From positions 1 to 64,000 of the IMG/VR virus record IMGVR_UViG_3300001528_000259: DNA of 64,000 nt; one strand, written 5' to 3'. The notes under the pieces are model-generated. The model searched no databases, was not told where the DNA came from, and saw only the letters and a list, made by a program, of their open reading frames with translations. The position numbers and the translations under genes were made by a program. Positions 51,118 through 59,538 of this stretch are shown piece after piece (the first letter of the stretch is position 1; each line of letters starts with the position of its first letter). The stretch comes from a virus (taxonomy: Duplodnaviria > Caudoviricetes).

Positions 51118-51193
51118 GCGGATGTAGCTCAGTTGGTAGAGCACACGATTTTTAATCGTGGAGTCTGGAGTTCAAACCTCCACATCCGCACCA
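51118..51193 (+). tRNA. tRNA-Lys(TTT)
   Basis: Canonical cloverleaf, CCA. Confidence 0.92.
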
Positions 51194-51200
51194 TCTATAT

Positions 51201-51276
51201 TGCCTGTTAGCCAAGAGGTAAGGCACCAGACTTTGACTCTGGTATTACGGTAGTTCGAATCTACCACAGGCAGCCA
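51201..51276 (+). tRNA. tRNA-Gln(TTG)
   Basis: Canonical cloverleaf, CCA. Confidence 0.92.
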
Positions 51277-51277
51277 T

Positions 51278-51439
51278 TGCACAGGAAATATGTATAGCTT
51301 CGTGACAAACTTATACGAGAATACGCCGTTCAGAGTATAGCTCCTCTGCTGAAACGAGAAAGAATTAGTCCCGCTGAAGGTAGTATATAGCAAAGCGCGA
51401 ATGTGGGTGTTATACATCACCCGGTTTTCTGTGCATCCA
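51278..51439 (+). ncRNA. Candidate 162-nt ncRNA with an acceptor-like stem ending in NCCA
   Basis: TGCACAGGAAA/TTTTCTGTGCA followed by TCCA. Confidence 0.5.
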
Positions 51440-51444
51440 AATAT

Positions 51445-51521
51445 GCGCACGTAGCCCAGAGGCAGGAGGCAGATGACTCAAAATCATCACAGGGAATGTT
51501 CGAATCATTTCGTGCGTACCA
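51445..51521 (+). tRNA. tRNA-Leu(CAA) with short variable loop
   Basis: GATGA-CTCAAAA-TCATC arm, TTCGAAT loop, ACCA end. Confidence 0.8.
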
Positions 51522-51857
51522 GGTCTGTTCCCAGACCACATAAAGGGAAGTGTTTGTATGTTTTCACAGAAAACAACAAAAAGCACAGGCAACTAAGTAC
51601 TTTGTAAAGAAAATTTGGTTTGTGGTTCTCAGCAAGACAGCATAAACATAAGCAGGTTGGAAGACATGCGGTAAACTGATACTTCCATTGTTGGCACTAC
51701 TGCTATTAAATTTACGTTCGATTCGTAAAGCCAAAATTTTTGAGTTTCTCTCAAAAGTAGTCGCGAATGCTAAGAGATGAAGTTGTCAAACCTCTATGAG
51801 AGGTGGGTCTCCATTAACCTGTGGTGAAAGACCACAAAGAGATGAACTTTAGAGAGT

Positions 51858-51963
51858 GTCTTATCACATATGCCACTTCCGATGAAGCATTACATGAGAT
51901 GATGCTTGCGGTGAATTTGGTTCAAGTCCAGGCTTCGGGAATGGTGCTACAAAGTGATAAGGC
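51858..51963 (+). ncRNA. Candidate tRNA-mimic (Y RNA/YrlA-like) ncRNA
   Basis: Long end-to-end stem, one hairpin and a TTCAAGT T-arm. Confidence 0.4.
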
Positions 51964-51980
51964 GAACCGCAATAAAAATA

Positions 51981-52034
51981 TTGACACATAACACACTTCT
52001 TGATATAATAAGTTTGTAACAATACAAAATGATT
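51981..52034 (+). promoter_or_regulatory. SigA promoter plus repeated element
   Basis: TTGACA 51981, 17 nt spacer, TATAAT 52004; element 52025. Confidence 0.8.
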
Positions 52035-52051
52035 AAGGAGTGTGTTTTTCA

Positions 52052-52834
52052 ATGAAAAATATTATTACAGCGTATGCTACAAAAAACGATTGTTATATCG
52101 CTCAACAACAAATGAAGCCTATTGGCATCGTACTGCACAGCACAGGTGTGAATAATCCAAATCTAAAAAGATATGTTGATTGCCCGTCTGAGTGCGGAAG
52201 AAATTGGTATAATAATCATTGGAACAATCCATCAAGCAAAATAGGTGAGCAATGCGTGCATAGTTTTATAGGTTATGATAAATACGGAGAGGTGAGAGTA
52301 GCGAATATTCTGCCGTATGATTATGCTTGTTGGGGTTGTGGTAGCGGAAAGTACGGAAGTTATAATTACGATCCAAATGGACACATTCAAATAGAGCTAT
52401 GCGAAGATGGATTATTCGATGAGGAATACTTCAATGAAGTATATAGAGTTGCGGCAGAATATTGCGCTATGCTTTGCAAGAAATTCAATTTGCAACCGGC
52501 TACGATAGTTAGCCATGCAGAAGCGTATAAAAAAGGCTATGCGTCTAATCATGCAGATTGCGACCACTGGTTTAAAATACATGGTAAGACAATGGATGAT
52601 TTTAGAGCGTTAGTTGAGTCTATGCTTGGAATGAGCACAAGATATTTAGTCAGAGTTATAGTGGATGTTCTAAATGTCAGAAAGGGAGCGGGTACTAATT
52701 ATCCGATAGTTACTACCGTAAAAAGAAATGAGGTATATACTATAGTGGGAGAAAAAGTAGTTGGAAATGATGTTTGGGGTGTTCTTAAAAGTGGCGCTGG
52801 GTTCATTTGTCTAACATATACCGCTAAAATATAG
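52052..52834 (+). CDS. N-acetylmuramoyl-L-alanine amidase with SH3b domain
   Basis: IVLHSTG, IELCED, SHAE...NHAD; LNVRKGAGTNY. Confidence 0.9.
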   Translation: MKNIITAYATKNDCYIAQQQMKPIGIVLHSTGVNNPNLKRYVDCPSECGRNWYNNHWNNPSSKIGEQCVHSFIGYDKYGEVRVANILPYDYACWGCGSGKYGSYNYDPNGHIQIELCEDGLFDEEYFNEVYRVAAEYCAMLCKKFNLQPATIVSHAEAYKKGYASNHADCDHWFKIHGKTMDDFRALVESMLGMSTRYLVRVIVDVLNVRKGAGTNYPIVTTVKRNEVYTIVGEKVVGNDVWGVLKSGAGFICLTYTAKI

Positions 52835-52846
52835 AGGCATAATTAT

Positions 52847-52929
52847 TTGTAAACAAATTGTAAATACCCCCATAAGTGCATTGACAATTAAGTAGTTATG
52901 CTATATAATGTATACACAACAAAATGATT
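52847..52929 (+). promoter_or_regulatory. Promoter: tandem box, TTGACA-17-TATAAT, repeated element
   Basis: Box 52847, -35 52881, -10 52904, element 52920. Confidence 0.8.
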
Positions 52930-52943
52930 AAGGGGGTCTTCAA

Positions 52944-53381
52944 ATGGAAAATCGTTGTATGTACTGTGGGGAAGTAATACCAGAAGGAAGGCAAATTTGC
53001 CCATCTTGTGAGAAGTCTATCATCAAGAAAAGTATGATCCTACAAAGTTATCAAACAACAAATAAAAAAATATTAGAAAAAAAGGAAATACGTATGGAAG
53101 AAAAAACAACGTCAGAAGCAATCTCTGAAATTAAAGGCGCTACCGAAGAAGAGTTACGAAAAGTAATTGAAAAGTGGTTTGAGAGTGTTAGAAATTCAGG
53201 GATGAAGATTGGGGCAAGCTACATAGCCGCAGCAGTTTATGGGATAATCGAAAAGGATCTTAAGAAAGAGCCAAAACCCAGTCTTAGAGATTATCAAAGA
53301 ACAATTAAGAAAATTATTAAAATCGTGTCTGTGCAGTTAAAGCAAGAAGAAACACAACAAAATGATTTATTCGAGGCGTGA
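52944..53381 (+). CDS. Hypothetical protein with N-terminal Zn ribbon
   Basis: CMYCG..IPEGRQICPSC. Confidence 0.7.
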   Translation: MENRCMYCGEVIPEGRQICPSCEKSIIKKSMILQSYQTTNKKILEKKEIRMEEKTTSEAISEIKGATEEELRKVIEKWFESVRNSGMKIGASYIAAAVYGIIEKDLKKEPKPSLRDYQRTIKKIIKIVSVQLKQEETQQNDLFEA

Positions 53382-53388
53382 AAAACAA

Positions 53389-53697
53389 ATGAGTGCAGAT
53401 AATGGTGTGTATATTTTAAAAACAGGAAGACAATATAGAGTCGCTCACCAACAGGCTATAGACAATCTATATTGGAATGAGAATTTGCGTAAAATGTGCG
53501 ATACAATGCAACCTATATCAATTATCGATATGTTTGGTGATTGCAAGTATACGACTAATTTAAATACAGCATTTAATATTGCAAGAAGAATTTTACAAAC
53601 ATTACCCATATGCGAATATGGTATTGTTCTACTTGATGCAAAGATGAGCTGGTACAAAATTTTACATTATGAAGGGATGAAAGTTAATGATTTTTAA
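53389..53697 (+). CDS. Hypothetical protein (MSADNG...EYGI)
   Basis: RBS plus ORF. Confidence 0.7.
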   Translation: MSADNGVYILKTGRQYRVAHQQAIDNLYWNENLRKMCDTMQPISIIDMFGDCKYTTNLNTAFNIARRILQTLPICEYGIVLLDAKMSWYKILHYEGMKVNDF

Positions 53698-54034
53698 TGT
53701 AGTGGCATGGTGCGATAATTTTGATGATAATTATTCTAATACACCATTTACAGAAGAGAGAAAAAGAGCCTTGGTAGACAGAGTAAGACAGCGCAAATAC
53801 AATATGTCTTATCAGATGTTATCGATGAATCCGTATAGTACGCCAGTATATCAAGATGGATGTAGATGTTTGTTAACTAGTGAGCAATGGGAAGATGTAC
53901 TCGTAGATGTATATGCAGACAATAAGCGCCCTCCGAGATTTAGTCCTATGGATATTTTAACATTTAAGGCGAATGGAGCGCTGTGGGAGAAAGAAAGATT
54001 TTATAATGAAATGGTAGGTGGACATAATGGATGA
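53687..54034 (+). CDS. Hypothetical protein
   Basis: Overlapping ORF in a packed run. Confidence 0.65.
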   Translation: MIFNVVAWCDNFDDNYSNTPFTEERKRALVDRVRQRKYNMSYQMLSMNPYSTPVYQDGCRCLLTSEQWEDVLVDVYADNKRPPRFSPMDILTFKANGALWEKERFYNEMVGGHNG

Positions 54035-54185
54035 AAATGAAGTCAGAAAACTTGGTGAATGCGAGTGCTGCGGTAATGAAATTACAGATGAACAGGAAGA
54101 ATATTATATCACAGAAGATGGTAGGGTGTTTTGTTGTATTGAATGTATTTTAGCAAGTTTTGAGATCGAAAAAATTGAGGTATAA
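54027..54185 (+). CDS. Small Zn-finger protein (not in the ORF track)
   Basis: CECCG...FCCIEC, 52 aa. Confidence 0.6.
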   Translation: MDENEVRKLGECECCGNEITDEQEEYYITEDGRVFCCIECILASFEIEKIEV

Positions 54186-54187
54186 AA

Positions 54188-54742
54188 ATGCAAGATTTTA
54201 ATGTTGAAATGATAAAAAGTCCGTCTGATCAAGATTGGATGTGGGCAAAAACTTGTACATTGAATACAGTTGGTAAAAAATCTACCAAGCTACCAACAGA
54301 CGAGTGGAAAAAGAAGCTTATTGAAGCAGAACACAGTCCAATGAGAGAATTATGGTTTGGATTTAGACTTGAGATCCCATATTGGGTTTCGGTGCATATT
54401 GTCAGGCACCATATTGGTTGTAATCATTATGTTCAAACACAGCGCAATGACAGACAAGAAAAATATGACAGGAACGAAATGCCCCAAAGCCAAATCATAA
54501 GCCATATACTTTCAATCAATGCTCAAGAGCTCGTATTTATGGCTCACAAGAGATTATGTGGGCAGGCATCACCAGAGACAAGAGACGTTGTAAGAAAGAT
54601 GTGCGACCTTGTAATTGAGAAATACCCCGAATTTAAAGGCGTGCTAGTTCCTCTTTGTGCGTATAGAAATGGGGTATGTACAGAGTTTAACCCTTGTGGC
54701 TTGAATAAGAAGTATCAAGGTGGTGAAACAAATGGCAAATAA
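54188..54742 (+). CDS. thyX: FAD-dependent thymidylate synthase
   Basis: EHSPMR, HIVRH...QTQR, KRLC..AS.ETR. Confidence 0.85.
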   Translation: MQDFNVEMIKSPSDQDWMWAKTCTLNTVGKKSTKLPTDEWKKKLIEAEHSPMRELWFGFRLEIPYWVSVHIVRHHIGCNHYVQTQRNDRQEKYDRNEMPQSQIISHILSINAQELVFMAHKRLCGQASPETRDVVRKMCDLVIEKYPEFKGVLVPLCAYRNGVCTEFNPCGLNKKYQGGETNGK

Positions 54743-55316
54743 CAAAGAGCATGTGGTATTGCTACTAATCGGGCGCACTTGCGCAGGAAAGAGCACTCTT
54801 GCTAAAATGCTTAGCGATAGAACTGGGCTTCGTCAGCTTGTATCATATACAACACGTGTAAAACGTAATGATAACGACACGGATCATATATTTGTCGATG
54901 TTTCAGACTATGAACGAGCAAAAGCAAATGGTGAGATTGTGGCAGAGACACAGATTGCTGGAAATTTTTATTACTCTACAATTGACCAGTTATACGAATC
55001 GGATATCTATACAGTAGATCCAACAGGTAAAGATATGTTGCTTTCTATGAGCATTCCCAACATTCGTTTTATAACAGTGTATATTACTTGTCCAGATGAT
55101 GAACGTAGTATTAGATCCAAAAAACGCGGAGACGACAAGGCAAAATATCGAGTACGAGATTTTTCTGAACGCAGTCAATTCAGGACATTTATTGCGGATG
55201 AAGAATGGGATTATTCGATAAAGAATCTTGAACTACCAAAAGCTTATTCAGTTCTTCGTTGGATTTCTCAGGTAGAAAAGGTATGGCAAAATCACATTGA
55301 GGAGGATGAAGCCTAA
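54732..55316 (+). CDS. gmk: Guanylate kinase-like protein
   Basis: GRTCAGKST, SYTTR..R, VDPTG. Confidence 0.85.
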   Translation: MANNKEHVVLLLIGRTCAGKSTLAKMLSDRTGLRQLVSYTTRVKRNDNDTDHIFVDVSDYERAKANGEIVAETQIAGNFYYSTIDQLYESDIYTVDPTGKDMLLSMSIPNIRFITVYITCPDDERSIRSKKRGDDKAKYRVRDFSERSQFRTFIADEEWDYSIKNLELPKAYSVLRWISQVEKVWQNHIEEDEA

Positions 55317-55885
55317 TGTTCCGCATTGCTATAGATATTGACGAGGTTTGCAATAATCTTATGGAGTCGGTTTTGACAATATATAACAAACGACATGGCA
55401 CAAATTATATATTAGATGATTGCCAAAACTTTGATTTACATAAAAATTTTGAACCGGATGCAGCGAACGAAATGTACGAGTTATTTGGAGCAGAGGATGT
55501 TCAAGCCATTTTAAGACCTATAGACGATGCGCAATGGGGCATTGAAACTTTGATGAATATGGGTTATCAAGTGTATTTTGCAACAGCAACTACGCCTCAG
55601 AATTTCGGTTGGAAAGCGAACTGGTTATTAAAAAATTTTCCATTCATTAATTCACATCAAATCATTGATATATATAATAAGGGGATACTCAATGTTGATG
55701 TTTTGATTGATGATCATATTGATAATTTAATATCAGGGTTTTATGATAGAGTATGTCTCGACAGACCTTGGAATAGAAATATAAGAGATGATTTATTTGA
55801 AATCTATCGCTGCTTATCATGGCGTGAGATTATAAAAATTATTGAAAAACTAGAAAGGAAGAATAAAGAATGGGAGAAAGAGTAA
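55316..55885 (+). CDS. 5'(3')-deoxyribonucleotidase, HAD family
   Basis: DIDEV, K, LIDD, PWN. Confidence 0.85.
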   Translation: MFRIAIDIDEVCNNLMESVLTIYNKRHGTNYILDDCQNFDLHKNFEPDAANEMYELFGAEDVQAILRPIDDAQWGIETLMNMGYQVYFATATTPQNFGWKANWLLKNFPFINSHQIIDIYNKGILNVDVLIDDHIDNLISGFYDRVCLDRPWNRNIRDDLFEIYRCLSWREIIKIIEKLERKNKEWEKE

Positions 55886-56076
55886 TTTTATATTCAACAC
55901 ACTGTCCTCGTTGTAAAGTTTTAACTAAAAAACTACAGGATGCCGGTGTTCAATATGAAGAAATTAATGACATTGAAATTATGAAAGCAAGGGGTTTTAA
56001 TGAAGCACCAAAACTTGAAATAGACGGTGTTGTTTATGGATTTAAAGAAGCTGTAAATTGGATTAAGGAGCAGTAA
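55870..56076 (+). CDS. Glutaredoxin/NrdH-like redoxin
   Basis: YSTHCPRC, AP.L.IDG. Confidence 0.8.
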   Translation: MGERVILYSTHCPRCKVLTKKLQDAGVQYEEINDIEIMKARGFNEAPKLEIDGVVYGFKEAVNWIKEQ

Positions 56077-56080
56077 TAGC

Positions 56081-57904
56081 ATGGGGAAATATAGTAGTTA
56101 CGAAAAGTATGTTAATTTTATTAACAAATACAAGAAGGCAATCAATGCCTCAAGCGGAAGCGAAGTTGATGCTAATGCAAATGTTGAAAACAAAAATATT
56201 GCCACGCTGCAAGGAGAACTTAGCAAAAGAGACATTATAGGAACAAATAGATTATTGATGGTTAATAAACTTACAGAGATGTATGGCATTGATATGGCAG
56301 ATGAGTATATCAGACAACTTGATTCTCATGAGATTTATAAGCATGATGAAACTAGCGTTATGCCGTATTGCGTTTCCATCACAATGTATCCATTCTTATT
56401 TGAAGGTTTGAAGTCTATTGGTGGATTGTCAGAGCCTCCGCAAAACCTCGATTCTTTTTGTGGAGCATTTATTAATCTCGTTTTTGCTATTGCATCTCAA
56501 TTCGCAGGGGCAGTATCGACTCCCGAATTTTTAACATATTTAGACTATTTTATCAGAAGAGAATACGGCGACGATTATTATTTAAATTCCGATAAGACAG
56601 TTACAACAGGGAATAGACCAAAAACAATAGATAAAGTTATCACAGATAAGTTTAGCCAAGTTGTTTATTCATTGAACCAGCCTGCGGCGGCAAGAAACTT
56701 CCAAAGCGTGTTTTGGAATATAGCTTATTTTGATAAGAATTATTTTGATGGCATTTTTCATGACTTTATTTTTCCTGATGACACAGAACCAACTTGGGAC
56801 AGTGTAAAATGGTTACAAAAAAGATTCATGAAGTGGTTCAACGCAGAAAGACTCAAGAAGCCTCTCACATTTCCGGTTGAAACGGTAAATCTACTTGATA
56901 ATGGAATTGATTATGTGGATAAAGAGTGGTTTGATTTTGTAGCAGAGATGTATGCAGAAGGACATTCATTCTTCACGTATAGAAGTAATAGTGTAGATTC
57001 GTTGGCTTCATGCTGTAGACTTCGTAATGGTATACAAAATAATACATTCTCTTTTACTCTTGGAGCGGGAGGCGTATCAACGGGATCTAAGGGTGTTATA
57101 ACAATTAATATTAATAGACTTGTTCAAAATGCAACAAAAGAAGGAAAGGATATTTCCAACGCTGTCTCAGAGCAGGTCAAAAAAGTACATTGCTACTTGA
57201 AGGCATTTAATGAAATTATGAGAGATAACTTCAATGCAAAGCTTCTTCCTGTGTACGATGCGGGTTATATCTCATTAGATAAGCAATATCTTACACTTGG
57301 AATCAATGGATTTGTTGAAGGAGCTGAGTTTCTTGGTATTCAAATTTCTCCCAACGAAGAATATTTTAAGTATGGCGAAAAAATCCTAAAGCCTATCTAT
57401 GAGTTAAATAAAGCAGAAAGAACAGATGAATTAATGTTTAACACAGAATTCGTACCTGCGGAGAATTTAGGTGTCAAAAACGCAAAGTGGGACAAAGAAG
57501 ATGGATACTTTGTACCACGTGAATGCTATAATAGTTATTTCTATATTGTAGAGGACGATAGCACCAACACTGTGGATAAGTTTATTCTTCATGGCGACAA
57601 ACTTACAAAGTATCTGGATGGAGGAAGTGCACTTCACGCAAATCTAAACGAGCATCTAACAAAAGAACAATATAAGGTATTAATGCTCGACGCCATTAAA
57701 ACGGGATGCTCGTATTTCACGTTTAATATTCCAAACACGATTTGTAATGATTGCGGACATATTAGCAAGCATAGAATGGATCACTGCGAGGCTTGTGGGA
57801 GCAAAAATATCGATTATCTTACACGTGTTATTGGGTATCTTAAGAGAGTGTCTGCATTCTCAGAAGCTCGCCAGAAAGAAGCAGCAAAAAGATATTATGA
57901 ATAA
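56081..57904 (+). CDS. nrdD: Anaerobic ribonucleoside-triphosphate reductase, no ATP cone
   Basis: PYC, ASCCRL, VPAE, TRVIGYL glycyl-radical loop. Confidence 0.95.
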   Translation: MGKYSSYEKYVNFINKYKKAINASSGSEVDANANVENKNIATLQGELSKRDIIGTNRLLMVNKLTEMYGIDMADEYIRQLDSHEIYKHDETSVMPYCVSITMYPFLFEGLKSIGGLSEPPQNLDSFCGAFINLVFAIASQFAGAVSTPEFLTYLDYFIRREYGDDYYLNSDKTVTTGNRPKTIDKVITDKFSQVVYSLNQPAAARNFQSVFWNIAYFDKNYFDGIFHDFIFPDDTEPTWDSVKWLQKRFMKWFNAERLKKPLTFPVETVNLLDNGIDYVDKEWFDFVAEMYAEGHSFFTYRSNSVDSLASCCRLRNGIQNNTFSFTLGAGGVSTGSKGVITININRLVQNATKEGKDISNAVSEQVKKVHCYLKAFNEIMRDNFNAKLLPVYDAGYISLDKQYLTLGINGFVEGAEFLGIQISPNEEYFKYGEKILKPIYELNKAERTDELMFNTEFVPAENLGVKNAKWDKEDGYFVPRECYNSYFYIVEDDSTNTVDKFILHGDKLTKYLDGGSALHANLNEHLTKEQYKVLMLDAIKTGCSYFTFNIPNTICNDCGHISKHRMDHCEACGSKNIDYLTRVIGYLKRVSAFSEARQKEAAKRYYE

Positions 57905-58379
57905 TAAACTGAAATATCTTGGATATAGTATTGTGTTTCAAGAAGTTCCGAACGAAGTAACACTTGCAATTAACATTAGTGGTTGCCCTCACCGTTGTGA
58001 GGGTTGCCACAGTAAGTATTTATGGGAATATAATGGCAATTATATATCTGATGATTTAGTAGGGCTCATCGAAAAATACAAGGAACTCATTACTTGTGTG
58101 TGTTTCATGGGTGGAGATCAAAACTTGAATGAATTGTATAAATTAATGAAAATTGTACAATTATCAAATTTAAAAGTGGCACTATATACTGGAGCCTCAG
58201 ATCCACATACTATCGGATACGCGATGTCTTTACCTGTAGATTATCTTAAATATGGTCCATATATTAAAGAATATGGTGCTCTTAATAGCAAAACAACCAA
58301 TCAGATAATGCTACAAAGGAATGGCGATAAGTGGGATAATATAACTTATAAATTTCAGAAAGGATGTCTTAATGATTAA
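57897..58379 (+). CDS. nrdG: Anaerobic RNR activating protein (radical SAM)
   Basis: GCPHRCEGCH. Confidence 0.9.
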   Translation: MNNKLKYLGYSIVFQEVPNEVTLAINISGCPHRCEGCHSKYLWEYNGNYISDDLVGLIEKYKELITCVCFMGGDQNLNELYKLMKIVQLSNLKVALYTGASDPHTIGYAMSLPVDYLKYGPYIKEYGALNSKTTNQIMLQRNGDKWDNITYKFQKGCLND

Positions 58380-58587
58380 AATTAAACAAACAGAAGACAA
58401 AGAACTTCTTGAAGAAATTCTAAGACAACTTAAAGAACACAACGGGCACTGCCCATGTCAGTTCGATGATGAATTACAAGATACATTATGTATTTGTGCT
58501 TCATTTAAGAAAGAAATTGACAAAACAAATTCAGGCATAATTGAATGTCCATGTGGCAGATATATTGCAACTATTACACAAGATTAA
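58372..58587 (+). CDS. Ferredoxin:thioredoxin reductase catalytic-subunit-like protein
   Basis: GHCPC...CIC...CPCGRY. Confidence 0.7.
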   Translation: MIKIKQTEDKELLEEILRQLKEHNGHCPCQFDDELQDTLCICASFKKEIDKTNSGIIECPCGRYIATITQD

Positions 58588-58621
58588 AACAATACAAAAT
58601 GATTAAAAGGAGAACAAAATT

Positions 58622-58921
58622 ATGAAAGATGAACTCAAGAGAGAACTTACTGTTGCAGAGCTGGAGGAACAGTACAAGAAAGCAGAAGAAAGTCAGAAAG
58701 CACTTAGAGAACAGATCGAAAAGAAAAAGAAAGAAGAAAAAGAATTCAAGGAGACAAAACTGAAGGCAGAAAAAGAAGCTCGTAAAAAAGAATTGGATGA
58801 CGCTGTTGAGTGTTGTAGGAAACTTCTGAGAAATTACATCAATGATTATGGAGCATATTCAATTATGTCAGATGACATGAATGATATTTTTAATTCTAAG
58901 TTTTGGAATTGGATTTGGTAA
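58622..58921 (+). CDS. Coiled-coil hypothetical protein
   Basis: AGGAG RBS. Confidence 0.7.
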   Translation: MKDELKRELTVAELEEQYKKAEESQKALREQIEKKKKEEKEFKETKLKAEKEARKKELDDAVECCRKLLRNYINDYGAYSIMSDDMNDIFNSKFWNWIW

Positions 58922-58934
58922 TTAAGGTGATTGT

Positions 58935-59384
58935 ATGAGAAAATTTGAAATTGTTAAAGCCGAATTTAGAAAGAATCCCAATGTGAAAATTAAACTTCCA
59001 AAAAGAGCAACCAAACATAGTGTAGCATATGATTTTTATAGTCCTGTTAATGTAGTTATTCAGCCAGGACAAAAAGCTTTCATATGGACTGACATCAAAG
59101 CTAATATGTATTACGACAACGCTCTGCTTATTAATGTAAGAAGTTCTATGGGGAAACAGCCAATTATGATTGCTAATACGCAGGGATGGATTGAGAGCGA
59201 TTATGCAAATAATCCTGACAATGATGGGAATATTGGTTTTAACCTCCTTAATCTCGGTGATACGCCTTATGAAATTAAAGAAGGAGATCGTATTGGGCAG
59301 GGCATGTTTGTAAAATATCTTGTTACCAATGATGACAATGCTGATGGCGAACGCAAAGGCGGGTTTGGATCCAGCGGAGCATAA
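58935..59384 (+). CDS. dut: Trimeric dUTPase
   Basis: AYD, RSS, GWIESDY, GDRIGQG, RKGGFGSSG. Confidence 0.95.
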   Translation: MRKFEIVKAEFRKNPNVKIKLPKRATKHSVAYDFYSPVNVVIQPGQKAFIWTDIKANMYYDNALLINVRSSMGKQPIMIANTQGWIESDYANNPDNDGNIGFNLLNLGDTPYEIKEGDRIGQGMFVKYLVTNDDNADGERKGGFGSSGA

Positions 59385-59493
59385 ACAAGCTTCAATGGCA
59401 TGCTAAATTGTTATATTTATTATAGAAACAAATATTTAGAAAATTTGGACAACAGATAAAATTTATAAGATAAACAATAAACTAAAATTTCAT

Positions 59494-59527
59494 AGAGGCG
59501 GATTAATTTTCGCCTCTTTTCTTTTTA
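59494..59527 (+). terminator. Intrinsic terminator
   Basis: AGAGGCGGA-loop-TTCGCCTCT followed by a T tract. Confidence 0.8.
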
Positions 59528-59538
59528 AGGAGGGCAAA

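Noticed and set aside
50429-52052. ORFs called across the tRNA region
   Set aside because: They overlap tRNAs and structured RNAs and lack RBSs or protein motifs
44708-57904. Inteins or introns in dnaE and nrdD
   Set aside because: Both ORFs are continuous and not oversized, with no splicing motifs seen
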